Part shown: one piece after another, positions 51,916-64,000 of the stretch
How the letters are laid out: each line of letters starts with the position of its first letter
Position numbering within the stretch: position 1 is the stretch's first letter
DNA from: Octopus sinensis
Taxonomy: Eukaryota
Direction of reading: 5' to 3'
Length of the DNA stretch: 64,000 bases
Assembly: GCF_006345805.1 (NCBI RefSeq)
Contig: NC_043013.1
Coordinates: 52,576,001-52,640,000 of the forward strand
Program-made: the position numbers and the translations under genes
The notes under the pieces: model-generated
What the model was told of the DNA's origin: nothing
The model's database searches: none
Seen by the model: the letters and a program-made list of their open reading frames with translations, nothing else

Positions 51916-52049
51916 TTTATATATATGTGTGTGTGTATGTGTTTAGGTGTGTGTGTATTTGTGTGTGTATGTATGTGTCTGTGTGTGTTTCATGAGTTTA
52001 TGACACCACTTTTATTTTACTCGTTCCCTCCTTGAAAGCTTTCCCTGCT

Positions 52050-52465
52050 CAAGTACAGCAGCACTTGATACAAATGCATCAGTTTACTTTAAGTCGAAGC
52101 TGGATGTCAACTATTTCAGTTTTAATTATAGATTCTTTTACTTTCAAAATCTCTCCAGTTTAAAATAAAATAATATCTTAATCCATATCCAATAGGCTTC
52201 TTCCAATTCAGAAACATTTGAACGAGATCTAGTTTTAATCTACTCAACTGTAGTTATCAAGTCAGCTTTGATCAGCTTATCATCATAGTTTAACCCACTT
52301 AAGTCACTTACGAAGCTGCCAGGTACTCGCTGCCATCTTTCCTTTCAACTACCACAGTAAACATTGTCTTCTCAACTATCTCTGCTACATCACAAACCGC
52401 TGACGAAGGAATTCTGCTCACTAAGTAATTCGCTAATATTTTTCTTGGAATGTCTTCATATTCTA
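52050..52465 (-). mobile_element. Crypton/ZMYM(DUF3504)-like relic, or a 151-nt exon (52462-52312)
   Basis: EYEDIPRKILANYLVSRIPSSAVCDVAEIVEKTMFTVVVERKDGSEYLAAS resembles the CryptonA/ZMYM motif F.V.VRKKDGSEYEPSS; it is bounded by TTTTGGTTTTAG| and |GTAAGT. Confidence 0.5.
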
Positions 52466-53041
52466 AAACCAAAACTCAAACACTAAAATAAAATAAAATA
52501 AATAACATACAGAAATAACTTCATTCAACATTGTTTAATTGAAGTTTATTAACGTTAAACAATCAACTACAGTTTCTAAAACTGAAATATTTTACTAGTG
52601 ATGTGACAGTTTAAAAGAAACTATCTGTTACGTGTGGTGGAGAGTCCTGGAACACAGCAAAGTTTAAACTTCACTCAGTGCTACGTTCATTTCGGAATTA
52701 GTTGGTACTTCTCTGCGAGTAACACTTAACATGGGCTCTTGCTTCTCTCTTATAATGAAATTTCCCTGTGTTTACGAGAATATACAAACTTGTAAATGTA
52801 TGTTGTGCGCACGCATATGTGTGCGTACGTGTGTGTGCGTGTGTGTGTGTGTATGTGTGTGTCTGTGTAACTTCTAAGTTGTCTATACAAATATTCTATA
52901 GAATACCAGTGGAGATAATCAAAGTTGATCGAATCGCACTGCTAGCACAAAAAGTTTACACACAGTTAACTTGTAAACATTTAACACATTCAGTAGTATA
53001 ATGTGGTTGCTAAATCATATATCGTGTCTTTAACAGCAATT

Positions 53042-53087
<46 letters not shown>

Positions 53088-53390
53088 TACATACACACAC
53101 ACACATATATATATATATATGTATATATATACATATATATATGTAGGCATGCTTACATATATATTACAAAGTTTGGGGTTGATGTACAGGTATTTTATAT
53201 TAGAAGAAATGAGGTACTCAGAAATTCGAATGGTTTTATATTTACAGATATTTATTTGTATATTTCATGTTTTTATACAGCATATAACTTATATCATATA
53301 TCATATATTAGCGCTTTTGTCCATTCTGGTGGATTTTTTAACCTCATACATATATATATATATATAATATATATACACATATATATATAC

Positions 53391-53487
<97 letters not shown>

Positions 53488-53887
53488 CTTCCCTTCCTTC
53501 CTGAACGTCCAATAATACTATATTTGTCCACGTCCTCGCGTTGTTGTTTTTATTTGTGTTTTCTTGTTTGGATTAACTTTATATATATATTATATATATA
53601 TATATATATTATATATACTTACATATAAGAAAAAGTGTACGTCCTTGTTTTCTTTGTATCGTATCGTCTATCTGGATGATTTGTTGTCCCTTTTCCTATC
53701 ACCTAGTTGTCCGGATATTTTGTATTATATATATATATACCTATTTCTATATCTATCTAGCTATATATATATATCACCGTGACGTGACCGACCAGGCTAT
53801 CAGATGTTGCTACACATCGCCGGTCACAATGCGCTTCGCATTGTTTTAGCTTTCAAATGACGCCACCCCGCTGGCTAAGCGAGCAGG

Positions 53888-53956
<69 letters not shown>

Positions 53957-53965
53957 CTGTACATA

Positions 53966-54250
53966 CAGGATATGGTAAATTTATTCTCTAAATTACACAA
54001 AAATGAAAATAACACTGTAACCTTATCTTAACAGAAATATTTATCAAAATTGCATTAAAATATCTTGAAATACCAAAGAGTAAATATATTCTATAAAATC
54101 GCCTTTAGCTTCAACCACGGCCTACAAACGACATCGGAATCTTCTCCAACACCCAGGTAGAAGGTGCTGTTTTTCTCATAGTCGGTGCCCAGCTCTCCCT
54201 ACTGTACTGTGTAGTCGATGAAATCAGAAACAAACTATGTGCATGTGCGA
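53966..54250 (-). mobile_element. 3' end of a Tc1/mariner-superfamily element (DD37D-like C-terminus)
   Basis: CWRRFRCRL*AVVEAKGDFIE, followed by a TIR-like end TA|CAGGATATGGTAAATT. Confidence 0.65.
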
Positions 54251-54449
54251 AATTAGAACTATAAAATGGCGACAATTTACCAATATCACTCGTACGTCTG
54301 GTCTTTTAATGGCAATGTGAGGTCTGCAGGTTTGTTTCACTATTGTCAAACCTAATCAGCCGTACATGATTTACTCAGCCAAAACGTGTTAACAACAAAT
54401 AAGATGAGGACAAATATCCATCAAATATAAATAATGTAAATAATTTTGG

Positions 54450-55110
54450 GCTTGTTTGACATCCTTCCAGATTTCGTTGAAGTAAATTACGAAGAAATAT
54501 ATACCCAACATACAGCCTTGAATATTCCTTAATGGCTTTTCTTGAGCATCAATGGATCAATTCGAACCTTTGGTTTCTTCTCACCAGAAAAGTTTTAATG
54601 CAGGACTGTAATTTTTCAACCGACTTTTTGCAAAACGATCGTGTGGCCAATATTGTCAATATTATAGGGAATTCGAGCCCTGAATTCTCGTCCTCGCCAT
54701 TGAGAATATTTTCAAATATTGTTGTGGCCTGGAGTCTTCACCAGATCGAAAACCATACCTGCTCGAATTTTGGACTTTGTCGCTCTTCAGCAAGTCCGTT
54801 CTTTTTAATGTCAAGGAATTTAATGATACGAGAGGTAAGGACGATCGATTGATGGTTTACTGTAAATTACCCTTCTGAAAATCTGGACGTCAGATGGAGA
54901 TATATAAACTTCGTCAAGCAATTCTCTTCAGAAATCAAGAGGAAGATGTAAGTTGCTGCTGGTTCTTCATAACAGGTGAGGAATTTATCAGGTTGTTCTA
55001 GGTTTAATTTTATTTATTACTGCTGCGCTGTGATTATCGATTTACCGATGTTATGCAGAGGTCGTCTTCCTTGAAATGTTCTTGCATATGACTTTTAGGG
55101 GTTTTATGCA
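54450..55110 (-). mobile_element. Decayed CR1/L2-type LINE reverse transcriptase fragment
   Basis: IIKFLDIKRTDLLKSDKVQNSSRYGFRSG...NIQGCMLGIYFFVIYFNE (YGFR and QGSVLGP-like motifs). Confidence 0.7.
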
Positions 55111-55494
55111 ACGAAAATAATGATTTAGGGATCCACAGTAATATTTTAAGTGTTCATTACTTTAGATATATTTATTGCAAAAAAAAAAAAATGAAAAAAA
55201 GTCTCAGTTTCTGTAATGTTTAACTTGATTCCAGACACGGAAATATGTTTACTCACGAAGTGATACGGGAAACCTACACAAGTTAAAGTGGGACGAACAA
55301 AATAAGAATTTTGAAAGAAGAATCTACAAAACTAGTTTTTGGCCTCGGAATGGTTATGGGTAGGGGTCCACCAGAAATAGTAATTAAAGGGCTTCATATG
55401 TAAAAGATGTTTGAGAATCACTGGTCTGAATCAATTTTAGTCAGATCGCGAAAAATAGAGCAGGATCCTTTACGTAAAATCTCACAATCTCACA

Positions 55495-55890
55495 GGCGCA
55501 GGAGTGGTTGTGTGGTAAGTAGCTTGATTACCAACCACATGGTTCCGGGTTCAGTCCCACTGCGTGGAATCTTGGGCAAGTGTCTTCTGCTATAGCCCCG
55601 GACCGACCAATGCCTTGTGAGTGGATTTGGTAGACGGAAACTGAAAGAAGCCTGTCGTATATATGTACATATATATATATGTATGTTTGTGTGTTTGTGT
55701 GTCTGTGTTTGTCCCCCTAGCATTGCTTGACAACTGATGCTGGTGTGTTTACGTCCCCGTCACTTAGCGGTTCGGCAAAAGAGACCGATAGAATAAGTAC
55801 TGGGCTTACAAAGAATAAGTCCTGGGGTTGATTTGCTCGACTAAAAGGCGGTCTCCAAATGACTGAAACAAGTAAAATAGTAAAAGAGAG
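55495..55890 (+). mobile_element. SINE family B, full length and well preserved
   Basis: GGCGCAGGAGTGGTTGTGTGGTAAGTAGCTTG...GGTTCAGTCCCACTGCGTGG...AAATGACTGAAACAAG. Confidence 0.95.
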
Positions 55891-57643
55891 TAAATCCCTT
55901 TAACGACATTCTAGAGAATGCTGCGTTTACTAAGCAACTTGTCAAAGTGGAACGCCTTGGATCTGCTCCTTTTGTTTCTTTTTTTCTTTTTTTTTTTGAA
56001 ATTTCTTGATAAATGAACAGAATACATTTCGGCTGTGTTTTCATTCAAAAACACCCTGGATTTCTACACATGGCATCGGTTTGTAGATAATAATTTCCAC
56101 GCTCTTCTAAAGTTGATATATTTTGCGATTCGTGCGTTCTTATTGCTGTCCCTTCTTGTAAGTGATAGTACTGTTGTTGTTATTGTGTGTGGTGGTGGTA
56201 GTAGTAGTAGTAGTATTAATGGTTGCAGTGGCGATGCTAGTGGTGTTAGTGGGGGATAAAGGTGCTGGCATTGGTGGTTGTGGTGGTTGTGACAATATTT
56301 GTGGTGGGGGGTGGCAGTGGTGGTGCCTGTGATAATGGTGGTAGTTGTGGTGATGGTGGTGGTAATGGTAGTGAAAGTGATGACGGTATGAGTGGTGGTG
56401 AAGTGGTGGTGGTGGTGGTGGTGGTGGTGTTTTCCATTTAATCTTTTGCTTTTCCATCGTGAGAGCGGGGTTTCTCTCTTGGGTTGCTGCTATTATTTTT
56501 TTACGCTTTTGTTCAAGAGTCATGTCTTGGTGCGCTTTTAGCATATTTTGGTAATTTTATCTTCTGGCAGCTGCTAAGTATATGTGTGTGTGTATGTGTG
56601 TGTGCGTGTGTGTGTATGTGTGCGTATGTGTGTGAGTGAGTGTTTGCGTGTGTACAACAGACCAGCTGACGGGTGACAGCTCGTGCAGTTGCTCCCTCGA
56701 TTACTTTATGCAGATCCTTGTTGTCAAATGAATATGGTAGGGTGGATGGGGTGGATTTAGTCTTGGAATGCTGGAACCTAATATGGTACTGTACCATATT
56801 GTGCTCGGAGACAAGATCTCTGTCGTCTGCGAGCGGCTCCATTATAACAAGACTGGTTACTTAACACCAAAGTTCATTTTTACCCAATTCTCTCAAAAAA
56901 GAACTGTGGCAGAAAATACTTATCGGTTAAAATTAAACATTGTCCCAGTCTGTCATATCGCCTGATTTCCATTTGCTCGCAGAGCAATCCGCGTAAAGAA
57001 GACTAAAGTCACCCATCGAATATGATGACAAATTTACATTTGTAAGGGGTTGGTTTAACTGTAGTAAACTTAGAAGCACAGCAAGGGAATATATTGCCGT
57101 CTGCAGAGTCCGCTTACCATTAGAAAATAGACAAAATTGTGCAAAGACACAGATTCTCAAAAGTATTTTTAGAAATAAGCGTTTGCTTTTGTACTAAAAT
57201 AGTTGCTCCCCATTCGGCAAGCGGTGTCCATACAAATCGGGATGCATGAGACTTCAGTTAGATTGAAAAATAGATCGTAGTAAGTGTGATCCATAATCAA
57301 AGACATTTCGTGTGGAATCTCCCATATTTTTCTTTACATCGATGGATGTGTTTCTTGATGGTTTCGTATAAATGAGGAATATGAGTTGACAGATTGTCTA
57401 TGTTATTTCTAGGGGCTTGAATAAGTTTATGATTTATAATAGCCACATGGGGTGCTGAATATTCCTAAAATGATGAAAGCATGACGTGTCGTTAGAAGTT
57501 TGTTTCCAAAACACATTGGTCTTGTTTCAGTTCCACTACATGGCACGTTGGGCGAATATCTTCTACTATATCCTCCTCGGACCGACTAAAGCCTAGCGAG
57601 TGGATTTGGTAGAAAGGAAACTGAAAACAGCCCGTGGTATATA

Positions 57644-57692
<49 letters not shown>

Positions 57693-57932
57693 GAGTATGT
57701 GTAAACACATGAAGGGATGGTTTCATACAAAGAAATACTGGTTCAATACCTAGTATTTTGGGGGAATGAATTTCTTTAAAACGATATACATACATATATA
57801 TATAACATATAGTTTATATTCATTTTAAAAAAGAGCAAAATGGAGATTGGGAAGTTAATAATTGTTTATTACCAATAGCGAATTGGTCATCTTCACCAAT
57901 TTGCAGTTAATAATAAACAATTTTCTTTTCTT

Positions 57933-57963
<31 letters not shown>

Positions 57964-58117
57964 ATGTGTTTGTCCCCCACCACCGCTTGATAACTGGTAT
58001 TGGTTCGTTTACGTCCCTGTAACTACGTGGATTGGCAAAATAACCAATATAACATTATTGCTAACGTTAAGTTGTTGTTGTTGTTGTTGTTGTTATTATT
58101 ATTATTATTTTTTATTA

Positions 58118-58184
<67 letters not shown>

Positions 58185-58190
58185 TATCTA

Positions 58191-58385
58191 AGGTGTTGAG
58201 CTAGCAGAATCGTTAGCACGCGGACAGAACGGTCAGTATCAATTCATCTGTCTTCAAGTACACAGTTCAAATTCTGCTGAGGCAAAATTTACCTCTTATC
58301 CCTTTCAGGAACTGATAAAACATGTAACTGAGTCGATGTATTCAACTTCGTTCTTCCCTCAAAATCTGCCAATCTGTGCCAAACT
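58191..58385 (+). mobile_element. Diverged SINE family A copy
   Basis: GAGCTAGCAGAATCGTTAGCACG...AGTTCAAATTCTGCTGAGG. Confidence 0.75.
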
Positions 58386-59282
58386 TTGAAGACATTCTGT
58401 AGAGCGTTAGAATGTAATAGCCTGGTAAATTTTACCGTATAAAATAATTGCCAATAAGATATTTGTGAGCCTAGTAAAGGCGAGATATATGATGCGAGAT
58501 ATATTAATGTAAAATACAGTTGAAGCAATAAACTCTCAATTATAGAAGGTGACGGAATGTTAGATACGTAGTGAGGGGTGAAGGAATTTCGATGAAGAAA
58601 CGTCTGCAATAATAGAGAAGAATCATGACTTAATGTAGATAAGGGTGAAACTGAAGATTTGAAGGAATATATGAAAATAGGAGGGAGAGAAGATCATGCG
58701 TTCATACGTTAGTTCAGGTTGGCAGTGGAATAGAATATAGTTTGGGAGCGTCATTTTGCCATTCATAAAAACACACGCATTGATTCAGCTTCAGTTTATT
58801 ATTAGTCAACCGGTTAAATATCTAACTACAAAACGAATCGATTGTTTAACTTCTGGGTTAAACAGTCGTTTATTGTTTTTAATTTTGCTCGCCAATGTTC
58901 ATCGTTGCCATTCGCTACCTTTCAAAGGGACAGTGTGGTTACAGATCATTTCAAAGGATTCTCTCTCGGAAGACCTACTCATTCCCAAACAGAATCTTCC
59001 AAAACAAATACAAGATAGAAGGTGTAAGGTATAAGTGATTTTATCATTAAATAAATTTTTAATATGATGGTAGATTTCCGTATGTTGATAGAAATTATAA
59101 GTTATAATTGGATAGATTTGTGCTAGCATCTGCGGTTATTCAAATAATTTAAATTTAAAATTTTGGTTGAGGGTATGTGTGTATGTGTGTGTATTTGCGT
59201 ATGTGAATATATGTTTATGTATATATACGTTATATATATTAATGCATATATACATTTATACACCTATGCATACATGCACCCG

Positions 59283-59318
<36 letters not shown>

Positions 59319-60096
59319 ATGTGTGTGTGTGTGAATATATATAAATATATGCAGATATATATATATATATATACATATGTGCATATTTATATATATATGC
59401 ATTCATTTATCTATGTGTGTGTGTGTATATATATATATTCGTGCGTGTGTGTGTGTTTGTGTCTGTGTCTCTGTGTATCTGTGTGTGTGCATGTTATAGC
59501 TTGCTTTTACGTTCAGCTAAAATAAAAACAATTTTACATTAATCTTACGGCTTACTCTAAACTTTGGTACTGTACAATTATTTATTATTCTTAAACAAGA
59601 ATAATTTATAGACGCATACATATAAATATATGCTTGCATATGTGCGTGCGTGTGTAGTATAATATAATATATATGTATTTATATATATATATATTTATAT
59701 TTATAAATATATATACAAATATATAAATAAATAAATATATAAATATATATATATATATGTATATATGTATATATATCTATATATAAGAAAAGAGAAGCAG
59801 AATATACGAGGGATAAGAAGAATGTCCTACGATGATTTTCGTGAATTTAAAATTGTAGAACCCTATATACATACACACAAAAAATACACAGAAACACACA
59901 CATACGTACCCGCGCACACGCACACCACGCGCACAAAGACATATGCATGTCATGTATATATATATATATATACATACATCATATATAAAACATGCATATA
60001 TATGTATACATACGTGCATACATACATATATATATAAATATACATACATATATATACACATATATATATGTATATATATATACATATATATAAACA

Positions 60097-60132
<36 letters not shown>

Positions 60133-60281
60133 CATATATATATATGTATGTATATATATATATATATGTCTACATACATATATATAGATATAATTATATA
60201 TATATGCCAAGATATTTATATAAAACGTACATACACATACATATAGATATGCTTGTATGTGTACAGATATACATATGTATT

Positions 60282-60327
<46 letters not shown>

Positions 60328-60493
60328 CATATATATATACCCACATTACATATTTATTTTTCAAAATGCATACAAAGAGATAAACTAGTACAAAGACGTG
60401 TATACGTAATTCATCTATTTAAATAGAAATACATATATAAATAAATAAATAAATATGAATATATACCCATATATATATATATATATATATATA

Positions 60494-60705
60494 CAGGGTA
60501 GCCCAAAAGTATGTTTACAGTTTTTAGCTATCTCTTTCACATTTATATTTTAACACTTTATATCTAACCACTATGTTATGCTAAATTAGCGAATTCTGTC
60601 AAGTTCCTTTATTTTATACGATAAAAATTTAAATGTAATAGAATGATTTAAAGAAAATTTTAAGTCCCTACGTGAGAACTGCAAACATACATTTGGGCCA
60701 CCCTG
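60494..60705. mobile_element. 212-bp Tc1/mariner-type MITE
   Basis: TIRs CAGGGTAGCCCAAAAGTATGTTTACAGTT and AACTGCAAACATACATTTGGGCCACCCTG, with TA on both sides. Confidence 0.9.
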
Positions 60706-61000
60706 TATATATATACTTATGTATATATACATATACATATATCTGTGTGTGTGTGTTTGTGCTAGCGCTTATGTCCGTTTCCGTCTGTGTAATTGCATGT
60801 CATTATACACACTTGAGTATACATAACGATTATATGCATCTACATACATGTACACGCACACACACAGATATATTCATAAAGGACATATTTATATACGTAT
60901 GTACGCCTCTATACGGTTGTAGAACTTAACCACCACGCATGTGCATCATAAACATTGACAGCTAAATAGTCATAGATTAACATGATATAATATATATATT

Positions 61001-61047
<47 letters not shown>

Positions 61048-61689
61048 TATATCTGCACACACACACACGCACATATATTTATACAGATTTATCTCAATAT
61101 ATATATATGTTAATATATCTATATATCTATCTATCTATCTATATATATATATGTATATATACATCTCTATATGTTATTCCAGTAATCACTTGCTTAAGAC
61201 TTCTCTGAATGCAGTTCTCGAGATATCGCAGAATATCGTATAACATTTCTTGTATAATTACATATATATATATATATATACATGTGTGTGTGTGTTGTGT
61301 GTGTGTGTAGGTGAGAGAGTTGGTATTAAAGCTCGTGGCTGGGTGTATAAAAGACAAAATAGCGTGAAGAAACTATAGAAGACTTGTGTTATATGGTCAA
61401 AGAATATATTTAAATTGTTATGTGAGGGAAAGTTTATAAAATTTTGAGTAAAGTAACATTGTTTTGGGAGAAATGTATTTTCTTTTCAAATTTCTCAAAT
61501 TTTTGTTCACCGATTTTGTGTCGTATATATATATGTATACACACATGTGTGTGTGTTTGTGTCCATAAGTGTATGTAAATATGTTATTCTTAATAAAAAC
61601 AATAAATAATAATGAATGACACTACCAAAATTAATAAAATAAAATAAATCTCTCCATTTTTTTCAAGAGGTCAGCAAGTTTTGTGGAGC

Positions 61690-61858
61690 GTAGGTAAACT
61701 AATTTCAATGAACTAATTCTTCAACTGGAATTTATTTCATTGAGCCGAAAAAGATAGAAGCAAAATCGACTTCGGCAGAATTTAAATTCAGAACATGAAA
61801 CTGGACGAAGTATCACTAAACATTTTATTCGGCGGGCTAAAAGTTTTTCAGCTGGCCC
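61690..61858 (-). mobile_element. Diverged SINE family A copy
   Basis: GCAAAATCGACTTCGGCAGAATTTAAATTCAGAAC. Confidence 0.7.
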
Positions 61859-62151
61859 GTATAAAAATGAACTACAATATTAAAGAGCCATTTTAATCAA
61901 GTCATCCATTTCCTTCCTGCTTGTAAATGAGAAATCCTTGTCAACTCCCAGATATTTCTGATAGAAATGGTAAGGCTAAGAATTCCAAAGTCTGGAAATC
62001 TGATATAAAATATAACACACACAAATATATAAATATTACAACACACACATGTGTGTGTGTGTGTGTGTGTATGTATATTATATATATATATATACGTATA
62101 TATATATATATAATATAATATATATATATGAATGGTATATATGTATATGAT

Positions 62152-62185
<34 letters not shown>

Positions 62186-62325
62186 GCAATTATATATATA
62201 TATATATGCATATATATATATAATATATATTATATATATACATTATACATATATACATATAGATATATATATACATATATACATATAGGATATACTATAT
62301 ATATAATATGTATGTTATATATATG

Positions 62326-62389
<64 letters not shown>

Positions 62390-62489
62390 TCTGTGTATGT
62401 GTGAGTACAAATATTAATTACCGATATATACATAAGGACATGTATCTTAGAGTAGAGCACATTCATTTAAGTCAGCCTGAGCACTGGTA

Positions 62490-63110
62490 CCATATCGATG
62501 TCCGAGATGTGACTATCAACATTGGCGACGGCACCATATGAACTGAGGGTAAATTGTGATGTCACTGGAAACTATTAGGAATTTCTGACACATCGAATGC
62601 TTTCAAAGAGAATAACAATTTCCTTGGTTTCCTTAAATACGGTATACCCTTATATTGCATCAACTCTCCGGATACTCCTAGCAATAATGTTATCGAGCCC
62701 GTAGTTGTGAAAGGCAATTTTCACGCTAGTAAATATAAACGCAGAATTAGCCTCTCACATTAGTTCATCTGTTGCACTGAGGTAATCTCCTCTGTGTGAC
62801 AGCACTGGATTGCCTCGATCAACGCGGTTTGTCTTGGTCTATGTGGCAACCATAACTGGGAGCAATATTTTGGGGGACTCTGAAAAGATGTACTCCAATG
62901 ACAAAGATGGTTTCCTTGTTACTTGTGAACGAACTAAGACCATTGCTGCTATCTTAATAAGATGCACATAAAATGATGCATCAGTTCTTGCGTGGATTCC
63001 AAGGTTACTCACAGATTGTGACTGCAAGATTGCCATACCCTAGTAATGTGTATTCTGAATGTTAGGGGTCTGATAGCGGCTAAACTAAGAACGCAATGTA
63101 AAAATACAAT
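62490..63110 (-). mobile_element. Decayed CR1/L2-type LINE, RT C-terminal region
   Basis: SVSNLGIH..DASFYVHL...YCSQLWLPH...LIEAIQCCHTEEITSVQQMN*CERL (cf. EYCSQLWSP...LEAIQR..T..I......Y.ERL). Confidence 0.72.
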
Positions 63111-63352
63111 ACCAATTTGTTTGGTCCTTCACAGATTCTGCTTGTTGGCCAAACAATAATATTGGTTCTGTATTTAAGAGATGAGGAATTATGAACATTA
63201 TTTACAATATTTACATTTGACGGATATTCGTGGCATTGATCCCAAAAGGATGATGGCTAACTTTATCTCAGATATACCATCCAGCCTTCATCAGGTGTGT
63301 TGGGGAAAATATTAGATTTAGAATCTTTAAAATTCACTCCATAATTGCCCAA

Positions 63353-63425
63353 GGGCATATGGCGTGGTGGTTAAGAGCGCGGGCTACTAACCCCAAGATT
63401 CCCAGTTCGATTCCAGGCAGTGCCC
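63353..63425 (+). pseudogene. tRNA-like pseudogene or head-only SINE with a (TAA)n tail
   Basis: Acceptor stem GGGCAT/GTGCCC, A and B boxes, loop CT-ACT-AA; anticodon and T stems are mismatched; (AAT)n tail. Confidence 0.65.
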
Positions 63426-63475
63426 TGAATAATAATAATAATAATTATTATTATTATATTAATAATAATATTATA

Positions 63476-63630
63476 GGCACAAGGCCTGGAATTTTGGTAC
63501 TTAATTTATCTACCCCGAAAGAATGAAAAGCAAAGTCGACCTTGGCGGAATTGAACTCAGAAAGCAGTGACTGGCAAAATACTGATAAGTATTTCGTCGA
63601 ACACGCTAACGATTCTGCCAGCTCGCCGCA
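63476..63630 (-). mobile_element. SINE family A copy
   Basis: GCAAAGTCGACCTTGGCGGAATTGAACTCAGAA...GATTCTGCCAGCTCGCC. Confidence 0.85.
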
Positions 63631-63664
63631 TTAAATAATAATGATAATGATAATAATAATAATA

Positions 63665-64000
63665 AATGCCCTGATGCAGTACCAGGCAGTGGCTCTCATG
63701 GGTTCTGATCTTAACTGATTGGAAGTGTTATCATGTACATTGTTTTGTCTTGGTATAAAAGATAGGCTACAGCAAATATTCTGCTCAATACCACAGATTT
63801 TCTTGTCAGTTGTTTGATCTTAACCAGTTGAGCATGTCCCTTAGTGGCTGACAATATGTGCATCTCTGATCACGAGCGGAAGTAGTGGGGGAGCATCATA
63901 GCCATGTGTTGAGAGGGATTTTATTGAGTTTGAATAATTCACCTCTGGAAACATGGGTGTTTCATTCAACATCCTTAAACAACCCTTATTCAGGGACCTT
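63665..64000 (+). mobile_element. 5' half of the TAA-associated interspersed repeat (runs off the window)
   Basis: Starts directly after (AAT)n; its 3' part overlaps the reverse complement of 33815-33860. Confidence 0.8.

Noticed and set aside
54532-54852. 106-aa plus-strand ORF
   Set aside because: Antisense of the LINE RT relic.
38-62541. Numerous 60-257 aa ORFs rich in Y/I/V/C/M/H/T/R/E or homopolymeric tracts
   Set aside because: They are translations of TA, CA, CT, TATG, TTA and GAA microsatellites, not genes.
63665-63750. HDV-like ribozyme at the 5' end of the TAA-associated element
   Set aside because: A P4-like hairpin exists, but I could not build P1/P2/P3/P1.1 by hand.

Overview
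AT-rich, microsatellite-saturated eukaryotic DNA, almost all intronic or intergenic, with one 100-N gap. The SINE families, microsatellite load and TE relics most resemble an Octopus (cephalopod) genome; this is inferred from recalled repeat families, not from a search. No intact long CDS is visible, and nearly all supplied ORFs are microsatellite artefacts or antisense frames of TE relics. The window holds >25 tRNA-derived SINE copies and 3' fragments of four restriction-like-endonuclease (R4/Dong-type) LINE lineages tied to (TAA)n arrays. It also holds two CR1/L2-type RT relics, a decayed Penelope-like RT, mariner and Tc1 relics, a MITE, Helitron-like ends and a Crypton/ZMYM-like fragment. 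Weaker calls are a possible tyrosine-kinase-like pseudogene, and a TATA/E-box promoter with a candidate first exon on the minus strand. The main unexplained structure is a set of minimal type I hammerhead ribozyme motifs from at least four sequence families. These comprise a 156-nt tandem pair at 8.1-8.3 kb, a sense/antisense pair in a ~190-bp-arm fold-back at 34.4-34.9 kb, and half or degenerate copies at 0.75, 51.0, 54.4 and 63.3 kb. They occur among about eight long fold-back inverted repeats, suggesting a Penelope/retrozyme-like ribozyme-bearing retroelement system. Boundaries of SINEs and decayed relics are approximate.
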